NCBI GenBank assembly: GCA_036338695.1
Contig: JAYZBQ010000087.1
Coordinates: forward strand, 1 to 29,112
Direction: 5' to 3'
Source of the DNA: Myxococcota bacterium
GTDB taxonomy: Bacteria > Myxococcota > UBA4151
DNA length: 29,112 nucleotides
The notes under the pieces were generated by a model. That model saw only the letters and a program-made list of their open reading frames with translations, was not told where the DNA came from and did not search any database. The translations under genes and the position numbers were made by a program. Positions 10,390-19,342 of this stretch are shown here, piece after piece (position 1 is the first letter of the stretch; the number at the start of each line of letters is the position of its first letter).

Positions 10390-12189
10390 ATGAACCGTAT
10401 CCTTCTAGCCGTGCTGACCTTCACCGCTGCTGGCTGTTCGCACGGCCAGCTTGCGCCAGTCACGGTTGCCGGGGTCCCTCTGCCGGGCGCCTTGTCCCTC
10501 GTACCCGAGGACACATCCTACTTTTTCACCACCGCGGCGCCCTTACCACCCGAGCTGCTCGAGCAGTGGTACGCGCAATCGGTCAAGGCTATGAGCAAGG
10601 CCCTACCGGCAGCCGCCAAGAATACCCGCGAAGGCAAACTGCTCAAGCTGACGCGAGAGTTCATGACGGCGACGGCGCTGACGGAAAACGGGCTGTCTAA
10701 GCAGCCCAAGGCGCTGATCTACGGTCTTGGCGCCCTGCCGGTCCTGCGGCTCGCGCTGGCAGACGCTAAGAAGTTTGACGCATTCCTTCTCAACGCCATG
10801 GCGCAGCTCGAGCTGACCTGGGAGGCCAAACGCGTCGAAGGGCATGTGGTGCGCCTCGCTGAGCTAGACCCCGCCGCCAAAGGTGCGGACGCCAACCCAC
10901 CGGTCGTGATGATGCAGCTCTATCACGGCGGCGACTGTGTGGTCTCGATCGCGCACCCCGCCGAGGTCGGCGCCCGCGTCCAAGCGATCACCGGTCAGGT
11001 CAAGCCGGCGCGTTCTCTGGCTGCCAGCCCACGGCTTGCGAGCCTCTTTGAGCAAGACGCCAACGGTGCGATGACGCGCTACGGGATCGGGGCGTTCAAC
11101 GTACACCGCCTCGCGCAGGTTTTAGGTTTTGAAGACGTCCCTGCTTCGGGGCTTGTGAGCGAGCTGCGTAAAGAGGCTCGCTTCAAGGAGTCTGGTCGCC
11201 ACGCCTTTCGCCTCATCGCCAGCTTGTTTGGTGAGACGACCTTTGTCGCCGACGCCGGCGCCTCCGGTGAATACGCCATGACGATGCGTCAGCGCTTCGC
11301 GCCCAGTCTCGAGCCTTACCTAGACGGCTTGAGCGTGGGGGTTCCCGGTCCTGAAGACTTCGCAAAAACCGCCTTTGATTTCAGCGTTGCGGTTCAGATG
11401 AAGGCTGCAGTGAAGATGTTCAGCGAGGGGATTCAAAGCCACCTCGCCTGGGCGAAGAAGCAGGGCTACGTCCTCGAGACGGCGCAACCAGCGAAGCGCA
11501 AACGCCCGGTGATGGCGCCCGAGCCGAGCACCGAGGCATCTCCCAAGGTAATGAAACCGATCCTCCAGCCGATGGATCCCGGCAAAGTCCCCGGGGCGCT
11601 GCTGCGAAACCACGGATTCCGGCTCAGTTTGTTCTCCGTCAATCTCGAGAACCCAACGCCCATGAGCATCCTCGGGAGCCTGCGCGTGGCGCTGATTGTC
11701 GCCACGGAGGCGGCTGAGGATCTACTGAAACTGAGCCGCATGAACCGCCGAACAGCGTCGCTCTTCGCTGACCTTGAGATCCCGCCGACGGGCGAGCCCG
11801 TCCCGCTCAAGAAGGCACCGATCCCAGGGATCACCGTGGCGCGCACGGACAAGGCGCTGGCGCTGATGTTTGGCGGCGGCGTCGCGGCGCAGGTGAGCGC
11901 GTGGCTCAAAGCAGAGCCCGCGGCGCGACCGCCTCTCGGGACCATGCACATCGACAGCCAGTTCTTTGCCAGCGCGCTGACCGCGATGGTCCAGATCGCC
12001 GATCAACGCGCCGAGGCGAAGGCAAAGCGGACCAAGCGACCGGTCCCTGAGTCTGAAAAGGCTATGTCCGAACAGCTCTCGCTGATGGCAGAGCAGATGA
12101 AGAAGCAAGGCCCGCAAACGGCCACCACGACGATCGAAGAGAACCAACTCGTGATGCGGATGAACGGCTCCATGGCGGTCGGCGACTAG
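10390..12189 (+). CDS. Hypothetical lipoprotein (599 aa)
   Basis: Long ORF. ATG 10390 is preceded by GGAG and gives the lipoprotein signal MNRILLAVLTFTAAG-C. No catalytic motif recognised. Confidence 0.82.
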   Translation: MNRILLAVLTFTAAGCSHGQLAPVTVAGVPLPGALSLVPEDTSYFFTTAAPLPPELLEQWYAQSVKAMSKALPAAAKNTREGKLLKLTREFMTATALTENGLSKQPKALIYGLGALPVLRLALADAKKFDAFLLNAMAQLELTWEAKRVEGHVVRLAELDPAAKGADANPPVVMMQLYHGGDCVVSIAHPAEVGARVQAITGQVKPARSLAASPRLASLFEQDANGAMTRYGIGAFNVHRLAQVLGFEDVPASGLVSELRKEARFKESGRHAFRLIASLFGETTFVADAGASGEYAMTMRQRFAPSLEPYLDGLSVGVPGPEDFAKTAFDFSVAVQMKAAVKMFSEGIQSHLAWAKKQGYVLETAQPAKRKRPVMAPEPSTEASPKVMKPILQPMDPGKVPGALLRNHGFRLSLFSVNLENPTPMSILGSLRVALIVATEAAEDLLKLSRMNRRTASLFADLEIPPTGEPVPLKKAPIPGITVARTDKALALMFGGGVAAQVSAWLKAEPAARPPLGTMHIDSQFFASALTAMVQIADQRAEAKAKRTKRPVPESEKAMSEQLSLMAEQMKKQGPQTATTTIEENQLVMRMNGSMAVGD

Positions 12190-12232
12190 CCATCGCCCCC
12201 GATTCCAGGCTATTCTTCGAGCGGAGGACAGC

Positions 12233-12895
12233 GTGCTGCGTTTCTTAGTCTTTCTGATCGCCCTCGCCCTGATCGTCCCGGGCGCGCCGAGTATTGCGGC
12301 TGCAGAGGATGCGCAACTCGCAGCCAGCGAGGAAGGCACACTCGTCGCTCAGTCAAGGCGACGACGACGCCGGCGACGCGGCCGGCGCTCTCGTGCGCCC
12401 AAACCGCCCAAGAAGAAGAAGAAGAAGAAGAAAAAGGCGAAGAAAAGATCGGACGAAGAGGCGGCTAAGAAGGAGTCTGAAGACGCGGCGAAAAGCAACG
12501 CTGAGGCGGACGCTGGCGTGGCAGGTGACGAGAAAAAAGAGGAAAAGAAAGCGGAAGCGGCGAAGAAACCAAACACCGCACGGGCAAAGAAGAAGGCGCC
12601 GAAGGTCACCGAGCCAGAGCCCCTCCTACCCGAGAACTTTGGCTCGATCGTGCTCTACAGCGGCGTCGGCGTCACGGCGATCGGTTTGGGGGTAGCTGGC
12701 TGGGGAGCCACCGTCCACAACGGCGCGGTCTCTGAGCGCCATACGCTGCAGGACCGAGAGGCGAACAACGCCAACCAAATGCAAGCCTTCTATGATCTCC
12801 ACAGCGACATGGAGACGGGCAAGCTGATCCACTTGACAGGTCTGGGAATCGCAGGGTTCGGGGCGCTCGCAGCTGCGGTCGGGGGTCTGTTATGA
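12233..12895 (+). CDS. Exported hypothetical protein with poly-Arg/poly-Lys tract and C-terminal Gly-rich hydrophobic hairpin
   Basis: GTG start with GGAGG RBS; signal peptide; R8 and K9 runs; two hydrophobic helices at the C-terminus; ATGA overlap with the next gene. Confidence 0.82.
   Translation: MLRFLVFLIALALIVPGAPSIAAAEDAQLAASEEGTLVAQSRRRRRRRRGRRSRAPKPPKKKKKKKKKAKKRSDEEAAKKESEDAAKSNAEADAGVAGDEKKEEKKAEAAKKPNTARAKKKAPKVTEPEPLLPENFGSIVLYSGVGVTAIGLGVAGWGATVHNGAVSERHTLQDREANNANQMQAFYDLHSDMETGKLIHLTGLGIAGFGALAAAVGGLL
12410..12430 (+). repeat. In-frame (AAG)7 microsatellite encoding poly-Lys
   Basis: Seven consecutive AAG codons followed by AAA AAG. Confidence 0.85.
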
Positions 12896-15411
12896 TCCAC
12901 CGTATTTGGGTCCTCACCCTCTGCGCTTTGGCAGCGTCATGCCTCGACACCTTCGAGCCGCGCCACCCGCCGTGCTTTACCAAACAAGACTGCCAGGCGA
13001 TCGCTCCAGACTTTACCAAGACCTACAACTGTGAGGTGCGTGATGAAGGCACGCCGCGCTGCTACGAGAGCAGCTGCGGCAATGGCGCAGTCGAGAGCGA
13101 TGAGGCGTGCGATGACGGGAACATTATCGCCAACGATGGCTGCGACAACGACTGCCAGCTGACGCGCTGCGGCGACGGCATCCACCGCACCGACCTCGCG
13201 GAAAGCGAAGAGGGCTATGAGGCTTGCGACGACGGCAACGACGTCGACACCGACGCATGCCGTAATGACTGCACACTCGCCGCCTGCGGCGACGGTGTTA
13301 TCCGTACGGACCTCATCGCTGGTGAGGACGGCTATGAGACCTGCGACGATGGAAACCGGGCGGACGGCGACCAGTGCAACAGCCGTTGCAACGAGCCGGT
13401 TTGTGGTGACGGTTTGCCCGGGCTCGGCGAAGGCTGTGACGACGGCAACGACAACGAAGAGGACGACTGCCTGAGCTCGTGCAAGCGCCCGACCTGCGGC
13501 AACGGCGTCCGCGACAACGCCGAGGAGTGTGACGACGGCAACGTCTCGAACCGTGACGACTGCCTGAGCACCTGCGTCAACGCGCGCTGCGGGGACGGCT
13601 ACCGACACGAGCTGCTCGAGGGCTGCGACGACGGCAACCGAGTCGACGACGACGCCTGCCAAAACAACTGCATCTTGACCTCATGCGGTAACGGCGAGGT
13701 CGACCCGGGGGAGACCTGCGACGACGGCAACCAGGTCGACACCGACGCGTGCCGAAACCACTGCGCGCCGGCGCGCTGCGGCGATGAGGTGGTTCGCACC
13801 GACCTGAGCGAGAACGAGATCGGCTATGAGGGCTGCGACGACGGCAACCCCTCGAACCTCGACGGCTGCCTCAACAATTGCCAAGTCGCGCGCTGTGGCG
13901 ATGGCTTCGTCCGCGCCGACCTCGCCGAGGACGAGAACGGCTTTGAACACTGCGACGACGGCAACCGGATCGAGGAGGACGCATGCCGTAATCAGTGCAT
14001 CGTGTCGGTCTGCGGCGATGGCGTCGTTCGGCAAGATACCAACCTTGAAGGCGAACGCTTTGAGTTCTGTGACGACGGCAACGACATGAACTCCGACGCG
14101 TGCAAGAGTGATTGCACCGAAGCGCGCTGCGGCGACGGCATCACGCGGCTCGACCTGCGCCAGAACGAGCCGGGCTACGAAGCGTGTGATGACGCCAACG
14201 ACAACAACGAGGACGGCTGCACTGCCGCCTGCTCCCTACCCGGCTGCGGTGACGGGATCGTCCAGACCGGTGTGGAGGAATGTGATGACGGCAACGGAAA
14301 CGATCAAGATGACTGCTCGAACGGGTGCCTGATCAACGGCGCAGGGGTCGCGCGACTTGCGCTCGGCTTCAACCACAGCTGCGCCGTCCGCTTGCGCGAT
14401 CGGGTCCTGCGCTGTTGGGGCGATAACCGGTGGGGGCAGCTCGGCATCGGCAGCAACATCTTCAACCGCCCCACACCCAACACGACGGTCAACCTGACCA
14501 ATGTGCTCTCGGTCGCCGCCGGCGGGAACAACACCTGTGCATTCCAAGACGATGGGATCTTGTACTGCTGGGGCAGCAACGAAGAGGGGCAGCTCGGAGA
14601 TGGTCAGGATCGTAACCGATACAGCCCGACACGCGTCATCGAACTCAGCGCCGTGCGCCGCGTGGCGGTCGGCGAGAACCACGTCTGCGCCATCACCCGT
14701 GGCGGCGCCTTGTTCTGCTGGGGCGACAACCGCGGCGGACAGCTTGGCGACGGCAGCCTTCAGAGCGCGTCGGTGCCGGTCCGCATTGACCTCGCCAACG
14801 TCGACGATCTGGCGCTTGGCAAAAACCACACCTGCGCGACGCGCCGCGGGCAGGTCTACTGCTGGGGTCGTAACGACCCGTATCAACACCTCGGCTGGGA
14901 AGGCTCAGGGCGGCAGCGAACGCCGCGTCTGAACAACGTCAACGGCGTCTTCAGTCTGTCCTCAAGCTCAGAGTTCACCTGCGGCGCCTCCACCCAAATC
15001 AACAACCTTGGGGGCCTCGACGGGGTCGTCTGCTGGGGGCGCAACGATGACAACAACCTGGGCACGGGCTCGGCGTCGCGCTCAGGGACGCCGGTGCGCG
15101 TCGGCGAGCTACAAAATGCGCGACGCATCGCCGTGGGCAAGGGTCATGCGTGCGCGCTCAAGCGCGACGGAACCGTCCACTGCTGGGGCGCCAACGAGTA
15201 CGGGCAGCTCGGCCCTGGAAACGACAACGACACGGACTCGCTCGTGCGCGCAGGCCAGCTTGTCGAGGTCACCGAGATCGCAGCGGGCGCCTACCACACC
15301 TGCGCACGTGACGACGCCGGCGCCATCTACTGCTGGGGCACCAATGGACAGGGTAGCCTGGGGATAGCGGGGAACGACCGCTCGACGCCGACACGGCTCC
15401 AAACCTTCTAG
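12892..15411 (+). CDS. Lipoprotein (839 aa) with 12 Cys-rich DUF4215-type repeats and a C-terminal RCC1-like beta-propeller
   Basis: Signal ...LCALAAS-C, a 4-Cys N-terminal module and 12 repeats, then seven GxxHxCA...CWGxNxxGQLG-type blades from 14341. Confidence 0.93.
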   Translation: MIHRIWVLTLCALAASCLDTFEPRHPPCFTKQDCQAIAPDFTKTYNCEVRDEGTPRCYESSCGNGAVESDEACDDGNIIANDGCDNDCQLTRCGDGIHRTDLAESEEGYEACDDGNDVDTDACRNDCTLAACGDGVIRTDLIAGEDGYETCDDGNRADGDQCNSRCNEPVCGDGLPGLGEGCDDGNDNEEDDCLSSCKRPTCGNGVRDNAEECDDGNVSNRDDCLSTCVNARCGDGYRHELLEGCDDGNRVDDDACQNNCILTSCGNGEVDPGETCDDGNQVDTDACRNHCAPARCGDEVVRTDLSENEIGYEGCDDGNPSNLDGCLNNCQVARCGDGFVRADLAEDENGFEHCDDGNRIEEDACRNQCIVSVCGDGVVRQDTNLEGERFEFCDDGNDMNSDACKSDCTEARCGDGITRLDLRQNEPGYEACDDANDNNEDGCTAACSLPGCGDGIVQTGVEECDDGNGNDQDDCSNGCLINGAGVARLALGFNHSCAVRLRDRVLRCWGDNRWGQLGIGSNIFNRPTPNTTVNLTNVLSVAAGGNNTCAFQDDGILYCWGSNEEGQLGDGQDRNRYSPTRVIELSAVRRVAVGENHVCAITRGGALFCWGDNRGGQLGDGSLQSASVPVRIDLANVDDLALGKNHTCATRRGQVYCWGRNDPYQHLGWEGSGRQRTPRLNNVNGVFSLSSSSEFTCGASTQINNLGGLDGVVCWGRNDDNNLGTGSASRSGTPVRVGELQNARRIAVGKGHACALKRDGTVHCWGANEYGQLGPGNDNDTDSLVRAGQLVEVTEIAAGAYHTCARDDAGAIYCWGTNGQGSLGIAGNDRSTPTRLQTF
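13075..14340 (+). repeat. Intragenic tandem array of 12 Cys-rich repeats
   Basis: Manual split; 422 aa, 6 long units with the RxD(L) insertion. Confidence 0.9.
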
Positions 15412-15415
15412 TTCG

Positions 15416-16426
15416 ATGCTCCATTTCGGCTCGGTCGACATACCTACCCCGGCGCTGCTGGCGCCAATGTCGGGGATCACCGATCGCCCCTTTCGGCGGC
15501 TGATTCGGCGCTGCAATCCAGACGCCGTCGGGCTCTACACGACCGAATTCATCTCGATTGAGGCGCTCTGGAACAAGAGCCAACGCTCCATCGAGATGAT
15601 GCGCACGGACCCGGATGAGGCGCCGTTTGCGGTCCAACTCTTCGGCCGTGACATCGAGCGGATGGTCCACGCCGGCCGCATCGCGGTGGAGCGAGGTGCG
15701 CAGATCGTCGACATCAACTGCGGCTGCCCAGCTCCCAAGGTCGTCAAGCGTGGCGGCGGCGCCGCGCTCATGAAGGAGCCTGACCACTTCGAGGCGCTTG
15801 CTACGGCGATGGTCGAGGCGCTGCCGGTTCCGGTCACCGTGAAGACGCGCAGCGGCTGGGATGAGGCGAACCAAAACGTCGTCGAGATCGCTCGGCGCGC
15901 TGAGCGAGCCGGTGTCTCGGCGATCGCTGTCCACCCCCGGTCACGGCAAAAACTGTACTCCGGTCAGGCGAACTGGAGCCTGGTGGCGCAGGTCGTTCGC
16001 GCCGTCTCGATCCCGGTCATTGGATCAGGCGATGTCTGCACCCCCGAAGACGAAACGAGCCTCGCCCAGGCGAGCGGCTGCGCAGCCTTTATGGTCGGGC
16101 GAGGTGCGCTCCATAATCCGTTTATTTTTCGCGAGCTTGCGGCGGCGCGGCGCGGCGACGCGCTCCCTGAAGCGAGCAAAGAGGAGCGCATTGCGCTGCT
16201 CGTCGACTATGCCCGCTTACTCGCCGAAGACTTACCCGAGCGCGCCTGGATCGGTCGCCTCAAGAATGTCGCGAACCGAATGACCCAACCTTGGCAGGCG
16301 CCCAACCTACGCCGGCGGCTGCTGCGGAGCGGCTCGGCCGAAGAATTGCTCGACCATGTCCGCCGGGCGGCGGACGTCTCGGCCGGCGAGCTGGTCGGAG
16401 AGGAGCTCGATGCCCCTGAGCAGTGA
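15416..16426 (+). CDS. dusB: tRNA-dihydrouridine synthase (DusB family)
   Basis: LAPMSGITDRPFR, VQLFG, DINCGCPAPKV, VTVKTRSGWD, MVGRGALHNPFIF motifs. Confidence 0.9.
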   Translation: MLHFGSVDIPTPALLAPMSGITDRPFRRLIRRCNPDAVGLYTTEFISIEALWNKSQRSIEMMRTDPDEAPFAVQLFGRDIERMVHAGRIAVERGAQIVDINCGCPAPKVVKRGGGAALMKEPDHFEALATAMVEALPVPVTVKTRSGWDEANQNVVEIARRAERAGVSAIAVHPRSRQKLYSGQANWSLVAQVVRAVSIPVIGSGDVCTPEDETSLAQASGCAAFMVGRGALHNPFIFRELAAARRGDALPEASKEERIALLVDYARLLAEDLPERAWIGRLKNVANRMTQPWQAPNLRRRLLRSGSAEELLDHVRRAADVSAGELVGEELDAPEQ

Positions 16427-17210
16427 CGCACCAAGCTGGAGCCGTGTTGCGCAGGCTGAGGCGACCTGGCGTGCGCCCGTCCTAGTCACCGTCGTCGAGA
16501 CCAAAGGCTCGACCCCGCGCAAGGCAGGCGCACGGATGCTCGTCGATGCGGACGGCGCCTGTCCGGTCCAAGATGCAGCGCTGCCCCACCCCGAAGGAAC
16601 GATCGGGGGCGGCGCCGTCGAGGCGCAAGCGATCCGGCTTGCCTTTGAGGCGTGGGCGAGCGCTGCGCCGCTGGTGCGGCGGATGGCGCTGGGTGCCGAG
16701 ATGGGGATGTGCTGCGGCGGCAGCATGACGTTCCTGGCGCAACCGCTGATCGAGCAGCCGACCCTTATCATTCTCGGCTTAGGGCACGTGGGCGCCGCCG
16801 TCGCCCGTCTGGCGGCTGAGTGTGGTTTCCGGGTAGTCGGCGTGGACCCGCGCACCGACCTCGCCGAGCAGGTTGAGCCATGGCTGCATCAGCAGGTCAG
16901 CGATTACGACCCCGAGACGCTGGCGAGCCTGCCCGACGGACCACATGTCCACGCGCTCGTTGTCACGCATGACCACGCGCTGGACCAAGAACTCGTGGAG
17001 GCGCTGCTTGAGCGACCGCTCGCCTCGCTCCAGATGCTGGGCTCGCAGCGCAAATCGATACGCTGTCGCACGCGGCTCGAGGCGAAAGGCTTTCCAGCCC
17101 AAGCCATCGCGTCCTTGCACGCGCCCGCTGGGCTTGAGATCGCCGCCGAGACCCCTGCCGAGATCGCTGTGGCGTTGGTCGGCTACCTGATCAAACAACG
17201 CCGTGGCTGA
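16410..17210 (+). CDS. xdhC: XdhC/CoxF family molybdenum-cofactor insertion accessory protein
   Basis: GSTPRKAGARMLV, GTIGGGAVE, GMCCGG, LGLGHVG, VVTHDHALD, GLEIAAETPAEIAVA motifs. Start set at ATG 16410 after AGGAG. Confidence 0.9.
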   Translation: MPLSSDAPSWSRVAQAEATWRAPVLVTVVETKGSTPRKAGARMLVDADGACPVQDAALPHPEGTIGGGAVEAQAIRLAFEAWASAAPLVRRMALGAEMGMCCGGSMTFLAQPLIEQPTLIILGLGHVGAAVARLAAECGFRVVGVDPRTDLAEQVEPWLHQQVSDYDPETLASLPDGPHVHALVVTHDHALDQELVEALLERPLASLQMLGSQRKSIRCRTRLEAKGFPAQAIASLHAPAGLEIAAETPAEIAVALVGYLIKQRRG

Positions 17211-17763
17211 CTTTACGGGACTCATCCCAGCGGCGGGCTTAGGTCGGCGCGCCGGCGGTCCCAAAGCGGCGCTTGTTCTACCCGATGACCCTCGCCCCCT
17301 GCTCAAAAGATGCATCGACGGGCTGATCCGAGCGGGTGCCAGGCAGGTCATCGTGGTCGTTCGCCCCGAACACCTGGCGCTGACCGAGCACCCAAGAGTC
17401 ACGGCGGTCGCGCCCGATCCGCCCACCCAATCGATGATCGAGTCCGTGCGGCTCGGGCTGCTGGCGCTCGAGCGCCAGGCAGGTGGCGACGACGGGCTTC
17501 TTTTGTGTCCCGTTGATGCGGCGCGCGCTGCCGAGGCATCTCATCGGTGGCTGCCTGCTGCCCTCAGCGCTCATGGCTCGTGCGCTGTCATCCCCACCTT
17601 CCAAGGTGCACCCGGTCATCCGGCTTGGCTCCCGCGCAACCTGTGGGGGCGGCTGCACCAAGACACCTGCTCTAGCCTTGGCGCAAAGGCAGCGTTTGCC
17701 GGCGCCGCCCACTGGGCGGTCACCGACCCAGCGGTGCTCGACAACGTCAACGTCAGGACTTAG
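17203..17763 (+). CDS. mocA: MobA/MocA-like nucleotidyltransferase (probable molybdenum cofactor cytidylyltransferase)
   Basis: LIPAAGLGRRAGGPKA, SMIESVRLGL, GHP and DNVN motifs; overlaps xdhC. Confidence 0.72.
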   Translation: MADFTGLIPAAGLGRRAGGPKAALVLPDDPRPLLKRCIDGLIRAGARQVIVVVRPEHLALTEHPRVTAVAPDPPTQSMIESVRLGLLALERQAGGDDGLLLCPVDAARAAEASHRWLPAALSAHGSCAVIPTFQGAPGHPAWLPRNLWGRLHQDTCSSLGAKAAFAGAAHWAVTDPAVLDNVNVRT

Positions 17764-18700
17764 CTGAGGCCCGCAGAGACGGCAGGACCTTACCACCGAC
17801 GGCCGCCGTCTGCGGCGCCGTCTGACTTCCGTCGTAGCGCTTCAAGAAGTTGGTCACCTCGCGTGTCACTGCGGTCGGCGTGCTCGCCCCTGACGTGACG
17901 ACCACCTCACCATCGACCGGCAGCCGCTCGAGCGGCAACTCCGAGACGCTGCTGACTTGAACGACCGAGACCCCTGCGACGTCTCGCCCGACCTCGGCGA
18001 GCCGTCGGCTGTTGTTTGAGCGGGGGTCACCGACCACTACCAGCAGATCGGCGCCGACCGCCTGCTCCGCCACGGCTTCTTGGCGAACCTGCGTTGCGAG
18101 ACAGATCTCGGTGTGAACCATCGCGCCCGGAAATCTCGCCTTAATCGCGTCGATCACCGGCTTGATATCCCACTGGCTCATCGTCGTTTGATTGGTGACG
18201 AGCAGGTCGCCATCCGGCGGCTCGAGCAGCGCCACCTCCTCAACCGTGCTCACCAGGCTGACCCGATCCGGCGCCACGCCGCAGGCGCCCTCCGGCTCAG
18301 GATGACCCGGGACGCCCACGTAGTACACGCTGCCGCCCTCAGCGACGTGCGTGCGGATCAGGTCGTGGGTTCGCGTCACGTCCGGACAGGTGGCATCCTC
18401 AACGTGCAGCCCCTTCGCCATCGCCGCCAAGCGAACGTGCGGAGAGACGCCATGCGCCGTAAACACGACGGTGCCCGATTCCACCTGCTCCAGGAGCTCA
18501 AGTCGGCTTTTTCCTTTGCCGTCGATACAGACCACCCCGATCTCTTCGAAAGCCTCAGTCACCTGACGATTGTGGACCAGCATGCCGAGCACATGGATCG
18601 GCCGCGGCACGTCGGGGTTGGCGGCGACGCGTCGCACCAACACCATAGCGTCGACGACGCCGTAACAGTAGCCTCGAGGTGAGATCGTCCGAACGCGCAT
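17753..18700 (-). CDS. ispH: 4-hydroxy-3-methylbut-2-enyl diphosphate reductase
   Basis: PRGYCYGV, VHN, FTAHGVSP, DATCPDV, HPEPEG, NQTT, EICLATQVRQEA, SNNSRRL, GASTP motifs; three Fe-S cysteines present. Confidence 0.96.
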   Translation of the reverse strand: MRVRTISPRGYCYGVVDAMVLVRRVAANPDVPRPIHVLGMLVHNRQVTEAFEEIGVVCIDGKGKSRLELLEQVESGTVVFTAHGVSPHVRLAAMAKGLHVEDATCPDVTRTHDLIRTHVAEGGSVYYVGVPGHPEPEGACGVAPDRVSLVSTVEEVALLEPPDGDLLVTNQTTMSQWDIKPVIDAIKARFPGAMVHTEICLATQVRQEAVAEQAVGADLLVVVGDPRSNNSRRLAEVGRDVAGVSVVQVSSVSELPLERLPVDGEVVVTSGASTPTAVTREVTNFLKRYDGSQTAPQTAAVGGKVLPSLRASAKS

Positions 18701-18796
18701 CGTCTAAACCCTAACGCCTCATGAGTCGATCTTGAGAACAGACCTAATGCGGACTACCCTGTTCACGTGGTCTGTGCATCAGGAAAGCGAATCTTT

Positions 18797-19342
18797 ATGC
18801 GTCATGTCATCCTCCTTGCGCCCCTTGTCCTTGCGTTGAGCTGTGCTCAGACCACCCAGTGCCGCATCGACAACGACTGCCAGGAGCTCGAGTACTGCTA
18901 CAAAGTAGCGCTGGACCCAGAGAGCGCTGACGGGACCGAGCCGGGCTTCCCTTACGAGGAGTTCGGCACCTGCGCCTCTGACTGCACCTCCGACGCCGAC
19001 TGCTACGGGAGCGCTCGCTGCACCCCCAAAGGGATCTGCAAAGACCTTAGCCTGAGCGCAGACCGACAGTGGGGCGGCTACGAGCCCGGTCTCGAGGGCG
19101 TGCTCGCAGCCAGCGCCTACGCGCCGATGCTGACCTGCTCGGGTTTTATGGATTGTATGCTCGCCTGTGAGTCCGACCGCGCCACGTGCAACGACTGCCT
19201 GCAGCAGGTGGATCCCCCCTCGCTTCAGCCGGCCAACGACCTGTGGAACTGCCTCCTAACGGAGTGCGACGGGGCGAGCTTTGCGGTCTGCATGAACGGA
19301 CCCTGCGAGAACCAGAAGGTCATGTGCCGTAACGACGGCTAG
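18797..19342 (+). CDS. Cysteine-rich lipoprotein (181 aa)
   Basis: Signal MRHVILLAPLVLALS-C, then 18 further Cys in CxxDxDC modules and a C-terminal helical CxxxC-type cluster. Confidence 0.85.
   Translation: MRHVILLAPLVLALSCAQTTQCRIDNDCQELEYCYKVALDPESADGTEPGFPYEEFGTCASDCTSDADCYGSARCTPKGICKDLSLSADRQWGGYEPGLEGVLAASAYAPMLTCSGFMDCMLACESDRATCNDCLQQVDPPSLQPANDLWNCLLTECDGASFAVCMNGPCENQKVMCRNDG

Noticed and set aside
12410..12430. Phase-variation switch at the AAG run
   Set aside because: The unit is a trinucleotide, so slippage keeps the frame and gives no on/off switching.
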